From: an uncultured Gammaproteobacteria bacterium
GTDB taxonomy: Bacteria; Patescibacteriota; Microgenomatia; UBA8517
NCBI GenBank assembly: GCA_964540475.1
Contig: CAZIMC010000002.1
Span: 177,551 to 217,748 of the forward strand
Length of the DNA: 40,198 bases
Direction of reading: 5' to 3'
Shown here: positions 25,795-33,312 of the stretch, piece after piece
Layout of the letters: each line of letters begins with the position of its first letter
Position numbering within the stretch: position 1 is the first letter of the stretch
Program-made: the position numbers and the translations under genes
The notes under the pieces: generated by a model
Told to the model about the DNA's origin: nothing
Seen by the model: only the letters and a program-made list of their open reading frames with translations
Database searches by the model: none

Positions 25795-26553
25795 TCAGCG
25801 TTGCTTTTGGGAAAGAATGAATATAGATGGACCAAAATTAAGACGTGCCAGGGGCTTTTGTAGATGTTTTTCCAGGTAATCTATAGTCTCGGGAGGAAGA
25901 ATAGCTTTTAAAAAGCTGTTCCTAAAGTTACTTACAGATCTGGTTTCCAGTATGGTAAAACCCATTTCTTCCAGTTTATGTTTTATCAAGTCTGTGTGCC
26001 AATTAATAAATGGAAGAGAGTTGTTTTTAAGCGACCTTTTGCTTCTTAAGTCCTTAGGGGTCAGGTCTAAAGGGAAAGTTAAGTTGCCTTTTACGAACTC
26101 CCTTAAGGTGGCTTTTAAATGGCCCTTATTTGCAAACTCAAGGATAAAATAACCGTTTTGACAAAGAAGCCTATCAATGATTGTAAATGCCTTATCTATA
26201 TCTTCTATGTGGTGAAGTACGCGCACCATTACAACCAGATCAACTGATCTGGGTTTAACTTTTTTAATTAAGTTCTCAAGTTTACAATGAACAAACTTAA
26301 CCTTTTTATTTTTGCCATATTTCTTATTTGCCAGCCTCAAAAGCTTTACTGAGGGGTCGGTTAAAATAACCCTTTTTGACCTGAAGATATACGTTGGCAA
26401 AAGTCTTCCAAAACCGCAGCCTATCTCAAGTGAAGTTTTTAGCCGAGGTATCTTAATAAGTAGATCTTTTAAGGCTGTCACTTCTGATTTGTGTTCATAG
26501 TCTCGCCCAGACCAGTATGAGGGATAATCGTATGTGTCGTATGGAGCTGTCAT
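25795..26553 (-). CDS. class I SAM-dependent methyltransferase
   Basis: LEIGCGFGRL motif I, VMVRVLHHI. Confidence 0.9.
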   Translation of the reverse strand: MTAPYDTYDYPSYWSGRDYEHKSEVTALKDLLIKIPRLKTSLEIGCGFGRLLPTYIFRSKRVILTDPSVKLLRLANKKYGKNKKVKFVHCKLENLIKKVKPRSVDLVVMVRVLHHIEDIDKAFTIIDRLLCQNGYFILEFANKGHLKATLREFVKGNLTFPLDLTPKDLRSKRSLKNNSLPFINWHTDLIKHKLEEMGFTILETRSVSNFRNSFLKAILPPETIDYLEKHLQKPLARLNFGPSIFILSQKQR

Positions 26554-26604
26554 ATATTTCTAAAGAAAATGAACCAAGTTTCTAGTTTAGCAAATAATTA
26601 GAAG

Positions 26605-27237
26605 CTACTCCATTTCGGTCATGAATTGGTTCACACCTCTGGCCCAAGTGCCATCAGACATAGGGGTGTATTTGCTCATAATTTGCTCTATTGTTAAATA
26701 CCCTTTGTTTATATATTCGTTCCGTAGCCCCTTTGATACTGCTTCAATACCTTCAGCGAAAGATGTAAACCCTAGAGTACCTTGGCTGTGGATCCCCCAC
26801 CCCCAGCAGTTATAAGTTCCTTCGGGTATTATTTTGCAAAGATTACTTTCTTGCTGTGCAATTGCCGTTATCAGCCTGAAATCCAATTCATACTTGTCCG
26901 CAGCCGCAAGGATATCTGCGGCGTGCTCTGTCAACGGAGAATTGTACTTAAGAAGATATTGCCTTACGATCTCCTCCCGCGCATCAACCGCCTCAATGGC
27001 CTGGGAAACTGAAGATTCGTTAACTGTATGGGGTGCATAAATTTGTGCCCCCGTAGACGATAAATAATTTGGATAATTTGTGGTTACCTCCGTATTCACG
27101 GCATCAGAATGTCTGAGAGAAATTAATGAAAATAGGCTCGTTGCAAGAGTTATAGGGGTAAGTAAAAAAAATGCAGCAGTCAAGATCAAATTTTTCCAAA
27201 ACAAGAAACCTTCTTCTGCCTCATTTGTGATTTCCAT
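26605..27237 (-). CDS. membrane-anchored lysozyme-like/glucosaminidase-domain protein
   Basis: LITAIAQQESN, NCWGW, FTSFAEGI, IMSKYTP..WARGVNQFM. Confidence 0.75.
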   Translation of the reverse strand: MEITNEAEEGFLFWKNLILTAAFFLLTPITLATSLFSLISLRHSDAVNTEVTTNYPNYLSSTGAQIYAPHTVNESSVSQAIEAVDAREEIVRQYLLKYNSPLTEHAADILAAADKYELDFRLITAIAQQESNLCKIIPEGTYNCWGWGIHSQGTLGFTSFAEGIEAVSKGLRNEYINKGYLTIEQIMSKYTPMSDGTWARGVNQFMTEME

Positions 27238-27294
27238 ACTGTACGGTCTGAGTCTCAGGATGACACAAATGAAGCTTTAGTGTCAAGTTAGGGG

Positions 27295-27366
27295 TGCCCC
27301 CAGTAAGAATCGAACTTACATTTCACCCTTAGAAGGGGCGCGCTCTATCCGTTGAGCTATGGGGGC
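27295..27366 (-). tRNA. tRNA-Arg(TCT)
   Basis: Anticodon arm cgccc-CTTCTAA-gggtg. Confidence 0.93.
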
Positions 27367-27376
27367 CAAATGTTCT

Positions 27377-27471
27377 TGAGCGGCGGACCGGATTTGTGTG
27401 CAAAGCAAACTCTATAATTAGCACTATCAAACCTGGTTCGACGCGAGCTTGTGAGCGGCGGACCGGATTTG
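27377..27471 (-). repeat. 20-bp direct duplication of the tRNA-Gly 3' end flanking a 55-bp insert
   Basis: tgagcggcggaccggatttg at 27377-27396 and 27452-27471. Confidence 0.95.
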
Positions 27472-27525
27472 AACCGGCGACCCCTTCCTTGGCAAGGAAG
27501 TATTCTACCACTGAACTACCGCCGC
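27454..27525 (-). tRNA. tRNA-Gly(GCC)
   Basis: Anticodon arm cttcc-TTGCCAA-ggaag; U discriminator. Confidence 0.95.
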
Positions 27526-27613
27526 ATTGTGTGTATTTTATCAAAAATGACCGCACTTGTCAGTAAGTGGCTTGACACGGCATTGTAAAGATCATAATCT
27601 TGACTATGATTTT

Positions 27614-28669
27614 ATGCAAAACGAAATTCCACTCGGTTTGTCTTACGATGATGTGCTTCTTGTCCCCCAGTACTCGGAAATAAACTCACGGTCAGACGTT
27701 GATCTAACTACAAAAATTACTCCCAAAATTACACTTAAACTGCCTTTAATTAGCATAAATATGAGCGATGTCACCGGGGTTGAAATGGCAATTACTCTTG
27801 GCAAACTTGGGGGCTTGGGGTTTTTACCACGGTTTGAGACCCCCGCCAAGCAAGCCGATATGGTAAGTGCTGTCAAGAAAAAGGGCCACATAGCAGCTGC
27901 TGCGATTGGTTGTCGGGATGGATATAAAGATCGGGCTGAGCAACTGGTTAAAGCGGGTGTTGATATTTTAACAATAGACGTTGCTCACGGAGCAATGAAA
28001 ATGTGTATTGATGCAACATCCTACCTTAAAAATAAACACGGCAAGAGCGTTGAAGTCATAAGCGGAGTAATTGCCACGTACGAAGGCGCAGACGCTTTAT
28101 TTAAGGCAGGCGCAGACAGTGTCCGCGTTGGGGTTGGGCCTGGGACAATCTGTGTTACCCGTATAGTAACCGGTGTGGGAGTTCCGCAAATTACAGCAGT
28201 TCTTCAGGCTGCAAAGGCAGCCAGAAAACATAAAAAAACGATACTTTGCGATGGTGGAACCAAAAACACGGGAGATATTGTTAAGGGATTGGCTGCTGGA
28301 GCATCGGCGGTAGTAATTGGTAGCCAATTTGCAGGCACAGACGAGGCTCCAGGCAAAATAATTGGAATAGACGGGAAAATGTTCAAACAATACAACGCTT
28401 CCACATCCCTCTCTGAAAAGAAGACACACACCAAAAAACTTAAGGATGTGGGGTTGAAATATACAAAATATATCGAAGGAGTTGAAAGTGTTGTTACCTA
28501 CAAAGGCCCTGTGGTAGGAGTTGTTGAACGTATGAAATATGCACTTTCTTCTGGATTAAGTTATTGTGGTGCCAAGAATATTTTAGATCTATGGGAACGA
28601 GCTAAATTTGTTCGTGTGTCTCCTCACGGGGCAAAAGAGAACGGAAGCCACGATGTGGTGGTTGTTTAA
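27614..28669 (+). CDS. IMP dehydrogenase/GMP reductase family protein, no CBS domains
   Basis: [28 protein letters not shown] (catalytic Cys), DGG, EGV; start at ATG 27614. Confidence 0.88.
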   Translation: MQNEIPLGLSYDDVLLVPQYSEINSRSDVDLTTKITPKITLKLPLISINMSDVTGVEMAITLGKLGGLGFLPRFETPAKQADMVSAVKKKGHIAAAAIGCRDGYKDRAEQLVKAGVDILTIDVAHGAMKMCIDATSYLKNKHGKSVEVISGVIATYEGADALFKAGADSVRVGVGPGTICVTRIVTGVGVPQITAVLQAAKAARKHKKTILCDGGTKNTGDIVKGLAAGASAVVIGSQFAGTDEAPGKIIGIDGKMFKQYNASTSLSEKKTHTKKLKDVGLKYTKYIEGVESVVTYKGPVVGVVERMKYALSSGLSYCGAKNILDLWERAKFVRVSPHGAKENGSHDVVVV

Positions 28670-28672
28670 ATG

Positions 28673-28746
28673 TGCTGAGGATGTGAGTCGAACACATATT
28701 TGACGCTCTTCAGGCGCCCGCCGTGACCACCTTGGCTACCTCAGCT
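28673..28746 (-). tRNA. tRNA-Phe(GAA)
   Basis: Anticodon arm ggcgc-CTGAAGA-gcgtc. Confidence 0.92.
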
Positions 28747-28777
28747 TAAACTTATTATACCATTGCCAGCTTACGTG

Positions 28778-28851
28778 TGGTCGATGTAGGATTCGAACCT
28801 ACGACCTTTCGGATGTAAACCGAACGCTCTAACCAACTGAGCTAATCGACC
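28778..28851 (-). tRNA. tRNA-Val(TAC)
   Basis: Anticodon arm ttcgg-TTTACAT-ccgaa. Confidence 0.95.
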
Positions 28852-28897
28852 TTAATGCGATTGACAGTCTTGAACCTAGAATCCACGTAGGTAAAAA

Positions 28898-29185
28898 CTA
28901 TTTCTCTACTTCCTTTTCGCTTAACTGATTTTCAAAAAAAATGCGATCTTCTTCTTTTTCAAATTCTATCGCAGCCCTAAGGCGACCTCGGGCTTCAGCT
29001 ATATCCATAGCTATTGGGTCTACTCTAAGCCTGTTGGCAATTTTAACATGTTTCGTATATTCTTCGTGTGCTCGCTCGTAGATCACCTTATCCGATGCGT
29101 AGGTGGCTGATTGCATATTATATGCAGCAGCCTCCATTCTGGTAAATAAGTTTTCTTTTGTTTCTCCTATATCCTTTGTTTCCAT
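28898..29185 (-). CDS. 95-aa orphan helical protein inside a tRNA cluster
   Basis: ORF between tRNA-Leu(GAG) and tRNA-Val(TAC); ATG at 29185. Confidence 0.6.
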   Translation of the reverse strand: METKDIGETKENLFTRMEAAAYNMQSATYASDKVIYERAHEEYTKHVKIANRLRVDPIAMDIAEARGRLRAAIEFEKEEDRIFFENQLSEKEVEK

Positions 29186-29221
29186 AAGCACTCAAGAGTG
29201 GACCAGCACGAGCAAAGCGAG

Positions 29222-29303
29222 TGCGGGAGACAGGACTTGAACCTGCACGCCAAAAGGCATAGCCTCCTCAAGACTACGTGTATACCAATTTCACCACTCC
29301 CGC
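29222..29303 (-). tRNA. tRNA-Leu(GAG)
   Basis: Anticodon arm tagtc-TTGAGGA-ggcta; long variable arm. Confidence 0.93.
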
Positions 29304-29377
29304 CTATATAGCAAATGTCTGCAGATAAGTAAACTTACTGCGCAATCTGTATTTTCTGCCCAAACCATAATTGATTG

Positions 29378-29461
29378 TGCAGATGAGAGGACTTGAACCT
29401 CCATGTCTTGTTAGACATACGGCCCTGAACCGTACGCGTCTGCCAGTTCCGCCACATCTGC
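29378..29461 (-). tRNA. tRNA-Leu(CAG)
   Basis: Anticodon arm tacgg-TTCAGGG-ccgta; long variable arm. Confidence 0.94.
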
Positions 29462-29548
29462 AGAAACCATTGTATTATATCAAACTCTGCCCCTTTAAGA
29501 ACAGAATTGTCTACGTCTTGGTTTTTCATTTGGTACAATGACTACTCT

Positions 29549-30967
29549 ATGAGAAAAGTACTTGCCCTAATTCTTTCAATAGCAGCCGTGCTTATAATGG
29601 CACCAACCGCTAACGCGACCCACGATCCCCAGGGGTTTCCAAATAACAAATATGGAATTCATGTTATAGATACGTCGGATATCCAAGAAGCAGCTGAACT
29701 TGTAAATTCAAATGGGGGTGAGTGGGGCTATGTGACTATTGTTATTACTGAAGAAGACAGAACCATAAACAAATGGCAGCAGACTTTCGACGAAATGAGG
29801 AGGCTTAAACTTATACCCATTGTCAGAATTGCAACGAAATCCGAAAACGGAATTTGGCAGAAACCCTCCCTGGATGACATAGATAATTGGGTCAATTTTC
29901 TGAACTCATTAAATTGGGTAATTAAAAATCGCTATGTGATTATTGCAAACGAACCCAACCATGCTAAAGAATGGGGAGGCCAGGTTAATCCTGAGGAATA
30001 CGCCGCTTATTTGAAAACATTTAGCATAAAACTTAAAGAGAAAAACCCTGACTTTTACGTGCTACCTGCAGGGTTTGATGCTTCAGCCCCAACGGCTTAT
30101 ACAAATCATCGCACAGGCGAGCTTTCAATGTTGGATCAGGAAGTATACATGAAACGAATGAAAACGCACGTACCGGATGTTTTCGACCACATTGACGGTT
30201 GGACTTCTCATTCATATCCCAATCCGGCTTTTTCAGGTCCCACCAGTGGAATTGGACGTGGAAGTGTTAAGACATATGAGTGGGAGCTTGAATTATTAAA
30301 GAAGTTAGGAATTAAACACGATTTACCTGTATTTATAACTGAGACAGGTTGGGCGCAAGCGATTGAGGGTTATGAGAAAGGTGTTTCAGAAGAAGAAGTC
30401 GCGCAGAGGCTAAAATATGCGTTTGAGAACGTGTGGAACACTGAGCGCGTGGTGGCAGTTACCCCGTTTATATTAAATTACCCGGCATTTCCTTTTGCTA
30501 ATTTTTCCTGGAAGGATGATAAGGGTGTCCACTACAAAGTATTTGGCAGTATAAAAGACATAAAAAAAATTAAAGGCGAACCAGTGCAAGTTAATGATGG
30601 AGAAATCACAAGCCTATTTCTTTTTCCAGTGCAAATTTCCGGAAAAAAACTTACAGGCTTTGCAGTTGTTAAAAATACGGGACAGTCTATTTGGACTAAG
30701 GATAACATTCAACTTAAAGATCACGACATCGAGTTAAACGTAACAGGAGCAACATTTGACAGTCTAGAACCAGGACAAAGAGGTGCAATTTACTTTGAAG
30801 GTAAAGCACCAGAAACAAGTGGTATATACGTGGTGGGTATTAATTTAAGCAAAGATGGCGAAAAATTCGGTAATCAGTTTGAAGTTAAATTTATTTCCGA
30901 AAACCCCTTCAGGTCTGTTTTGTTTGGTGTATTCGACAAGCTCACAGAGCTTTTTGACTCCAGATAA
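29549..30967 (+). CDS. secreted clan GH-A-like glycoside hydrolase with C-terminal Ig-like domain
   Basis: Signal peptide; IANEPN (acid/base), SHSYP, FITETGW (nucleophile); start at ATG 29549. Confidence 0.75.
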   Translation: MRKVLALILSIAAVLIMAPTANATHDPQGFPNNKYGIHVIDTSDIQEAAELVNSNGGEWGYVTIVITEEDRTINKWQQTFDEMRRLKLIPIVRIATKSENGIWQKPSLDDIDNWVNFLNSLNWVIKNRYVIIANEPNHAKEWGGQVNPEEYAAYLKTFSIKLKEKNPDFYVLPAGFDASAPTAYTNHRTGELSMLDQEVYMKRMKTHVPDVFDHIDGWTSHSYPNPAFSGPTSGIGRGSVKTYEWELELLKKLGIKHDLPVFITETGWAQAIEGYEKGVSEEEVAQRLKYAFENVWNTERVVAVTPFILNYPAFPFANFSWKDDKGVHYKVFGSIKDIKKIKGEPVQVNDGEITSLFLFPVQISGKKLTGFAVVKNTGQSIWTKDNIQLKDHDIELNVTGATFDSLEPGQRGAIYFEGKAPETSGIYVVGINLSKDGEKFGNQFEVKFISENPFRSVLFGVFDKLTELFDSR

Positions 30968-30996
30968 CCACCTAACTTGGCCACCACCCGTGCTCA

Positions 30997-31110
30997 TGGT
31001 AAGCAAAGCTTGGCCAATAAAACTTGGTAAGCAAAGCTTGCTTTTCACAATCGTTCAAAGTAAGCAAAGCTGGGCCATCTATCTTGCAGATGGTAAGGAA
31101 ACCTTGGCCA
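30997..31110. repeat. cluster of REP-like hairpin units TGGTAAG(C/G)AAA(G/C)CTTGGCCA
   Basis: Units at 30997-31016, 31025-31077 (extended, matches 25516-25560) and 31091-31110; compensatory GC/GC to GG/CC stem change. Confidence 0.85.
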
Positions 31111-31179
31111 TTCTCTTCAAGAATGGTAAAATACAGGTGTTTGGGATTTACCCTGAAACTGTAGAAACTGAAGTTTTTC

Positions 31180-31251
31180 GGGCCGTTAGCTCAATGGTAG
31201 AGCATCTCCCTCTTAAGGAGGTGGTTGGAGGTTCGAATCCTCCACGGCTCA
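31180..31251 (+). tRNA. tRNA-Lys(CTT)
   Basis: Anticodon arm tctcc-CTCTTAA-ggagg. Confidence 0.94.
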
Positions 31252-31331
31252 CTCGAAGACTCGTTGTTGTGTCGGGTTCGATATTGTCGGTTACGGTTTA
31301 ATTTGTGCAAACGAATCCTCCACGGCTCACT
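31234..31331 (+). repeat. 20-bp direct duplication of the tRNA-Lys 3' end flanking a 58-bp insert
   Basis: cgaatcctccacggctcact at 31234-31253 and 31312-31331. Confidence 0.95.
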
Positions 31332-31387
31332 TGTTAGATCAAAGCTCCTGCATTTAAACCTTCATAAGTTTATGATATCTTTTGAAC

Positions 31388-33160
31388 ATGAAGAATATCA
31401 TTCAAATTATTAGAATCTCTAAGCCACTACACCACATTGTGGGGCTTCTGGCTTTATTAATACTTATGTCCTCAGTTTTAGCACTTGGTGCACCCATTCT
31501 CTCTAAGTTTATAGTAGACGAAATCGTTGCAAATCTAGGAGATAACGGCGGCGATATGAACCGCTTATTCATCTTAATTGGTTTCTCCTTAGTGGCCAGC
31601 TTTGCAGGGATAGTAACAACAGTGGTTAGCGAACGGATCGGTGATCACTTTCAAGGCAGACTCAGAAAATTTTTAACTGAAAAGTTTTATGACAAAGTGT
31701 TAACGCTTCCTCAGTCGTATTTTGATTCACAAATTAGCGGTAAAATTGTAAACCAGTTAAATCGGGGGATTACGACAATTTACGAATTCTTAAACGGTGC
31801 CTCAAATTTTATAGTTCCAACTTTCATCCGAAGCGTCTTTACAGTTATTGTATTGGCCTATTACAACATACCCATAGCAGCCTTTACCTTTCTTCTTTTT
31901 CCCGTTTACATTTTAATAAGCCATTACTCAACTGTTAGATGGGGTATGGAGGAAGTAAAGAAAAACAAATGGGAAGACATAACTAGAGGACGAATTCAGG
32001 AGGTTATAGGAAATATCCGGCTCGTTAAAAGCTTTATTACTGAAAAAAAGGAGTTTAATATTGTTGAAAAAAACTTAAGCAGAATAAATAGAATATATGC
32101 AAGACAAAGCAGAACATTCCACATTTTTGATTTCTTCAGAGGGCTATCTCTAATTGTCATTCTTTTTGTTATAAATGTGTTGGTCTTTTATAATACTTTT
32201 ATAGGATTACTCACAATTGGTGAGATGGTTTTGATACTTCAATTAGTTAATCAGGCAAGGCTTCCCCTCTTTGCAATGTCTTATATCTTAACTCAAATTC
32301 AAGCAGCTGAAAGCGGATCAAAAGAGTTTTTCGAAGTTATGAGTCTTCCTTCAACTGAAGATTATAAGAAAAGGGTTAATAGAAAAAGAATTGTTCATCC
32401 TCAAATCATATTTAAAAATGTATCCTTTGAATACGCCCACACTCACAAGGTTATTAATAACGTTTCTTTCAATATTAAGGGCAATGAAAGTGTAGCGTTG
32501 GTTGGACCAAGCGGTGCAGGAAAATCAACTATTATCAATTTGATTCTTAAGTTTTATAATCCTACCTCCGGAAATATTTATTTAAAGGAAAAAAATTACA
32601 AAACCCTAGAAGCTTCGGAAATTAGGAATAATATTGCATTGGTTTTTCAAGAGAGTGAACTTTTTTCTTCGACTGTTTATGAGAATGTGGCTTATGGTAC
32701 AAGCAAGGCTACTAAGGAAGGTGTAATTCGCGCCCTTAAACTGGCTAACGCTTACGAATTTGTTAAAAAACTTCCACTGGGAATTGAGTCAGAAGTTGGC
32801 GAACGGGGAGTAAGACTTTCGGGTGGACAAAAGCAGCGTATACAAATCGCAAGGGCCATCTTTAAAAATGCCCCAATTTTAATCTTAGATGAGGCAACCA
32901 GCAGTCTTGATGCAAAATCTGAAAAAGAGGTTCAAAAGGCTCTGGAAAACTTAATGAAAGACAAGCTCGTAATAATCATTGCTCACAGATTTTCTACAAT
33001 TCAAAATGTAGATAAGATTATGGTTTTGAGTAAGGGTAAAATCGTTGACTACGGTGCTCCGTATCAACTATCCAAAAAGGACGGAATATATAAAGACTTA
33101 CTTACATATCAAATTGAAGGGAACAGAAAACTTCTCCGTGCTTTTGATATATCAGCGTAA
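31388..33160 (+). CDS. ABC exporter, fused permease/ATPase (MsbA-like)
   Basis: 6 TM; GPSGAGKST, LSGGQKQRI, ILDEATS, IAHRFSTI. Confidence 0.95.
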   Translation: MKNIIQIIRISKPLHHIVGLLALLILMSSVLALGAPILSKFIVDEIVANLGDNGGDMNRLFILIGFSLVASFAGIVTTVVSERIGDHFQGRLRKFLTEKFYDKVLTLPQSYFDSQISGKIVNQLNRGITTIYEFLNGASNFIVPTFIRSVFTVIVLAYYNIPIAAFTFLLFPVYILISHYSTVRWGMEEVKKNKWEDITRGRIQEVIGNIRLVKSFITEKKEFNIVEKNLSRINRIYARQSRTFHIFDFFRGLSLIVILFVINVLVFYNTFIGLLTIGEMVLILQLVNQARLPLFAMSYILTQIQAAESGSKEFFEVMSLPSTEDYKKRVNRKRIVHPQIIFKNVSFEYAHTHKVINNVSFNIKGNESVALVGPSGAGKSTIINLILKFYNPTSGNIYLKEKNYKTLEASEIRNNIALVFQESELFSSTVYENVAYGTSKATKEGVIRALKLANAYEFVKKLPLGIESEVGERGVRLSGGQKQRIQIARAIFKNAPILILDEATSSLDAKSEKEVQKALENLMKDKLVIIIAHRFSTIQNVDKIMVLSKGKIVDYGAPYQLSKKDGIYKDLLTYQIEGNRKLLRAFDISA

Positions 33161-33312
33161 ACTTTCCGGTTTATTACTACTTTTTAATATTAATCTAATT
33201 AATTCTTACTACAAATTATTTGAGGGCGTCTCAAAAAATATATTAACAAGTTAATGTCAACTGATGGTTATTTAGCTTCCAAGTATATTTGACCCCTAAC
33301 TGCTGCATTATT

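Noticed and set aside
29304-29377. atctgca repeat after tRNA-Leu(CAG) as another 3' duplication
   Set aside because: Only 7 bp, with no similarity to the Gly and Lys inserts
30997-31110. Possible CRISPR array from the repeated GGTAAGCAAAGC units
   Set aside because: Few, irregularly spaced and nested units, no uniform spacers, no cas genes
29461-31180. Switch from mostly minus-strand to mostly plus-strand tRNAs and genes as a replication origin
   Set aside because: No dnaA, no recognisable DnaA-box cluster, and skew not computed
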